A stretch of DNA of 64,000 nucleotides from Promethearchaeota archaeon (lineage in GTDB: Archaea > Asgardarchaeota > Lokiarchaeia > Sigyniarchaeales > SOKP01), in assembly GCA_019058245.1 (NCBI GenBank), contig JAHPZJ010000017.1, positions 55,113 through 119,112 on the forward strand, written 5' to 3'. The notes beneath the pieces were generated by a model. It was not told where the DNA came from. It did not search any database and saw only the letters and a list, made by a program, of their open reading frames with translations. Positions 61,001 through 64,000 of the stretch are shown here, piece after piece; the first letter of the stretch is position 1; each line of letters starts with the position of its first letter. The position numbers and the translations under genes were made by a program.

Positions 61001-63552
61001 ATTCCTTTACAAAACAATGGCTCAATAATACTTCTTTTGATGATCCTATACAGCCAACATGGTTCCCTAGTTATGGAGAATTAGGAGATAATTCAGATGT
61101 GAAAGCAGTACCTGGTACTGGTCAAGTTAATTACACTATTATAGGTAATTCAGGAATAAAGCATATAGATGAGACTCTTAATGATTCAGACTGGAAAGCA
61201 TATAACAATCCTGAATTGCCAATTTTGCCAGATATATATGAAATTAACTCATCTGGTTGTTATGTATCTCATGAATGGGATGAAGATGTTAATCAAACAA
61301 GAAATAGACCTAGTGTACAATGGAAGAGAGTTATTGAAATGCCCGTAAATATGACCGATTATAATATAACATCTGCATCACTTGAAGTAATTTTCAATGC
61401 CACTGTTACTGTTAGTCCCTGGTATGCTGGTGGAATTGATAGAGAATTTGATAATGGTCTTGATGTATTTTCTACTGGTGATTACGTAAAATTCTATGTT
61501 TTATTGTCTGATGATGCAGAAACCATTCAACCAGTCCAGATAGCATATAATAATACTGGAGAGGGTGAACTCGGACAGGATAGTCCATCAATAGGAGATT
61601 TTTCTGATTCACAATTATATACGATTCCTGAAAATGTTTTAATTGATGTTTTAACAACAATGTTAGAAAAAGATGGCTATAATTTTACAATAACTCTTGG
61701 AATTGATATTTACTGTGAAGATAATGAAATAGGTGTTGATGTTGATCGATGGGATGAATTGATAATAAGATCGTTTAATTTAACCTTTACTTATGAAAAA
61801 AAAATTAATCAATACACTTCAGTATCATGGAACCAAGATGCTGATAGCGTTAATAGCCTTCGTCGTAATGAAAATGAAACTGTGATAGTAGATGAAGCAA
61901 TACTTAATTTCAAATATAAATCTGACCAAAATTGGACTAGTATATCCCCAAATTCTGAAATTAGGATTTTAATCAATGACAATCTGCATCCAGAAACAGT
62001 TAAACTAAGCTATGCTAATGATTCGTTTGAAGACGCTAAACCAGAAGGATTTGACGTTACTCCTCTAATCACCGATTATGTTAACCTTTCAATTCAAGTT
62101 TTTATTGCTGATGAATTTGGATTAGATCATAACATCACTATATCTATAGATGAGGTAATTTTGAATATCTCCTATTCAATAATTTTTGAGGATTATCCAA
62201 CCAATCTAAATCTCTTCCTAAATGATTATAATGCAACTCTAGATCCTACACCAACGGCCAATATAAATATTGGGGAGTCTTTAAATATAACTATAAATTA
62301 TCTTAATGCTACTACAGGATTTCATATTCCTAACGCTACAGTTTCTCTTTCAGGAAATTTTACTGGTACATTAGATGAAGATGAGATTTTGGAGCAATAT
62401 ACGATTATTCTTAATTCAGATCTATCCGATGCAGGTATTAATTTTGTAACTATTACTGCTCAAGCAGAAAATCATCAAACAAAAGAAGTAATAGTACAAA
62501 TAAATGTAGATAAATTTTCCAGTAGTAATATGCAAATTTTCTTAAATAATCAAGATGTTTCTTCAGATCCGTATATTGAATTAATTAAAAATGAGATATT
62601 AAATATATCAGTAAAATATAAGACCCTTGGAGGAACTCATATTTCAGGAGCAAGTGTGTTATTAACATCTCAAACCTATTCATCATATCTTACTGAAAAT
62701 GTTAGTTTAGAGAATTATTATTTAATAATTAATACCACTGACAGATTAGATGTAGGGAATCATTTCTTCACTATTGAAGCACAATCAGATACATATAAAA
62801 CGCAAACCGAAGAAATCTCAGTCTCTATTAGAAAAATTAATCTTGAAATTATCCCTGAATCTGGACTGAATACAATTGAGACTAGAACCGGAGAAAGTAT
62901 TTGGTTGAGAGTAAAAATAAATAACACAGATTTTGGTGGAGATATTTTGGGTGCACTTGTGACTTACTCATGGGAGAAAGGAAGTGGAATTCTTACAGAT
63001 GAAAATAATGATGGTATATATGATGATCCTATTCCAGATTTTCCTGAAGGAACTTATGAAATAAAAATATCTGCTCAAGTTGGTGATGATTATTATATAG
63101 AAGATTATGAAATTTATGCTTCGGCTACTAGTGAAGTGGCACCTGAAAACATCATTTTTCAAATATTGTTAGGAGTTTCCATAGCTATATTCTCTGGTTT
63201 GGTTATTTATCTCTATGCATATTATACTTACTTAAAATTCCCTAAACAAGTAAGAAAAATCCGGAAATATCGAAAAACATTGAACCGTAAATCACCACCT
63301 ACTGTCAGTATTATGGATAGAGAAAGTGCCTTTAAAAAGAAATACAGCACAGAATTAGGTAAAACGTCTAAAATAGGTGTTAGACCAAAATTTAAAAAGC
63401 CATCTTCTTCTGAACAAGAGCCGATAGGGGGTATGACTATTGAAAAACCAATAGAGCAGAAAGTTTTAGCAGAAAAATTAATTAAAGAAGCTGTTGAAAA
63501 AAAAGAAGAATTAGATAAATTAGTAGATGAATCAATAGATAAGAATAAATAA
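58024..63552 (+). CDS. 1842-aa membrane-anchored surface (glyco)protein built from two tandem paralogous units
   Basis: Four hydrophobic helices. Duplicated motifs YNFTITLGIDIYCEDNE, LEDPDNDGIY/LTDENNDGIY and KFPRAVRKVRKYRRTL/KFPKQVRKIRKYRKTL. Many N-x-S/T sequons and beta-rich Ig-like repeats. Confidence 0.85.
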   Translation: MKTKIMVLRGNIRKKISALSIFFMIFVSTLLIFSFSHIQNNNTVLYDDDRFTFNDLKNPQLGAQEILTIEWLENPTFEDPVNPWYSEMEGDLSDIQATTGSGEANFHVLGNSGVQNIHDLSDTNWTAFNNPEFPIEPSDHGINGSGCWITHTWNENIDQSLNTPSIHWKRNVTMQVNMSDYIITSASLETNYSAFVQALDHDGGGVEVPGDYTEGQIPGVDTQFGIGDFVTFYVEISDTKNSFSYRIASNKTKNLGQDGLPSQNNVIITNHTHVPLNVISEDLLISYLTACLQNDHYNFTITLGIDIYCEDNEYNVDIDRFKLLAIEAFNLTFSYEKKINQFNTVSWKQDGDKISDISNDTIIINQAKLNFKYHANYNWTDEASNSEIQVFINNNKVSKTIKLLSIEANNIYQFTSTDGFDITSLIPYNTVINFSIQLSLTDKPFPLDKNITFTIDDVYLNISYTVEFPDYQTNLQVYFNGVNKTISPLYNHPVGYDLNITVKYPDDSGNHISGAVVELSGNLTGTLIENEILKQYTIIIDANDLDVGTYYIKIIAHKINYKISKISPVITVLPYISQDLQLFLNGENQTSNPSFDISLDKLLNITIKYCTNFGTPVTGASVVLTGEGILENLNESSSFNQYSVIMNTTKQFKEGNNPLTITASKLNYETKFKYPRINVRKINSLITPVNNTNTISIKPGGDALIQVYINNTDFDELIKGANVTLSCEFKGSKSLEDPDNDGIYEYNLTDIPAGTHKITINAYGADKYNFVSLEIIVAAIPPANNSFIFRILLTIAAIASIALAGYVYAYQKVLKFPRAVRKVRKYRRTLRKAKEPKISIFDRKKAFDNVYQKEISATSRFLKVKMKKEGKEEESPEKLIKQAPEDSVFHKDERQTSQNTNSYNLNKKNKDKIKTQESFRRRLSIYLKRRWTGSFRMNNMRRFLFIIIILTSITLFSFIINPHFGQNSINFSEKSTNIIDNENLGNLCLSAQDSFTKQWLNNTSFDDPIQPTWFPSYGELGDNSDVKAVPGTGQVNYTIIGNSGIKHIDETLNDSDWKAYNNPELPILPDIYEINSSGCYVSHEWDEDVNQTRNRPSVQWKRVIEMPVNMTDYNITSASLEVIFNATVTVSPWYAGGIDREFDNGLDVFSTGDYVKFYVLLSDDAETIQPVQIAYNNTGEGELGQDSPSIGDFSDSQLYTIPENVLIDVLTTMLEKDGYNFTITLGIDIYCEDNEIGVDVDRWDELIIRSFNLTFTYEKKINQYTSVSWNQDADSVNSLRRNENETVIVDEAILNFKYKSDQNWTSISPNSEIRILINDNLHPETVKLSYANDSFEDAKPEGFDVTPLITDYVNLSIQVFIADEFGLDHNITISIDEVILNISYSIIFEDYPTNLNLFLNDYNATLDPTPTANINIGESLNITINYLNATTGFHIPNATVSLSGNFTGTLDEDEILEQYTIILNSDLSDAGINFVTITAQAENHQTKEVIVQINVDKFSSSNMQIFLNNQDVSSDPYIELIKNEILNISVKYKTLGGTHISGASVLLTSQTYSSYLTENVSLENYYLIINTTDRLDVGNHFFTIEAQSDTYKTQTEEISVSIRKINLEIIPESGLNTIETRTGESIWLRVKINNTDFGGDILGALVTYSWEKGSGILTDENNDGIYDDPIPDFPEGTYEIKISAQVGDDYYIEDYEIYASATSEVAPENIIFQILLGVSIAIFSGLVIYLYAYYTYLKFPKQVRKIRKYRKTLNRKSPPTVSIMDRESAFKKKYSTELGKTSKIGVRPKFKKPSSSEQEPIGGMTIEKPIEQKVLAEKLIKEAVEKKEELDKLVDESIDKNK

Positions 63553-63582
63553 AAACCTAATTAAGTATCTTTTTTCTTACCT

Positions 63583-64000
63583 TTAATTTGGCGAATTGAG
63601 TTTTATTAGAGCTAAAATTATAGCGTCATGATACCTACCTTGAAATTTTAAATATTGTTTTAAGGTCCCTTCTTTCTTAAAACCACATTTTTCAAAAAGG
63701 GAAACTGATCTCTTATTATCCAATGCTATATATGCTTCAAGGCGATTCATTTTTAGATGATTATAAGCAATTTTTTTAATTAAATTTAAAGATCTTTCTG
63801 CTAATCCTTTTCTCCAAAATTTAGGGAGTATCCAAACACCAACTTGAGTTCTTCTATGTTGCCAATTAACATTCCAAAGACTTATTGAGCCAATTTTAAT
63901 TATATCAAAATTATGTACTTCAATAATATAATTAAATTGGATAAATTTATCCCAATATCTTAAATAGTTTTTAATTAAAGCTTTAGAATGCTCTAACGAA
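63583..64000 (-). CDS. RimJ/RimL-type GNAT N-acetyltransferase (5'-partial)
   Basis: Minus-strand frame reads ...IGSISLWNVNWQHRRTQVGVWILPKFWRKGLA...MNRLEAYIALDNKRSVSLFEKCGFKKEGTLKQY...YHDAII...*. Not in the ORF track. Confidence 0.85.
   Translation of the reverse strand, partial: SLEHSKALIKNYLRYWDKFIQFNYIIEVHNFDIIKIGSISLWNVNWQHRRTQVGVWILPKFWRKGLAERSLNLIKKIAYNHLKMNRLEAYIALDNKRSVSLFEKCGFKKEGTLKQYLKFQGRYHDAIILALIKLNSPN

Noticed and set aside
310-63162. Short antisense or alternate-frame ORFs in the track (e.g., 310-492, 4858-5076, 9712-10098, 13276-13665, 27779-28387, 37805-38368, 39001-39660, 54681-56150, 60019-63162)
   Set aside because: They overlap well-supported genes, are Ser/Ile/Leu/Phe-rich shadows of the sense codon bias, and show no motifs.

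Overview
AT-rich, gene-dense chromosomal segment most consistent with an Asgard archaeon (Lokiarchaeia-like). This assignment is inferred from gene content: tandem Rab-like GTPases, longin/uDENN proteins, a eukaryote-like SECIS, a Giardia-type OTC, and GGTGA-type ribosome-binding sites. Contents: (1) arginine/ornithine/proline catabolic cluster (1-5716); (2) assorted metabolic genes and hypB; (3) a gene bracketed by ~43-bp direct repeats (14142-15333); (4) three tandem Rab-like small GTPases and a SNF2/RapA-like helicase; (5) a redox island (26141-37335) with an HdrC/D protein split by a GltD-like flavin module, tungsten AOR plus ferredoxin, and an hdrA-mvhD-frhB/fdhB-like operon. In that operon hdrA and mvhD each carry two in-frame UGA codons at conserved Cys positions, which fragments or hides them in the ORF track, and a single eukaryote-type SECIS hairpin follows mvhD; (6) twin MCP-like receptors, a PAS histidine kinase and class I GAPDH; (7) a group of longin, HerA-like, uDENN-pseudoGTPase, longin-winged-helix and helical-insert TrmB-like genes; (8) a 1842-aa tandem-duplicated surface protein. 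Features not in the ORF track: full-length Sec-HdrA and Sec-MvhD, the SECIS, two Cys-rich microproteins (one apparently ATC-initiated), a -1 frame continuation of a truncated RelA/SpoT-domain gene, and a partial GNAT gene at the right edge. No rRNA, tRNA, CRISPR array or transposase was recognised. All family calls come from motif recognition by eye, without database searches.
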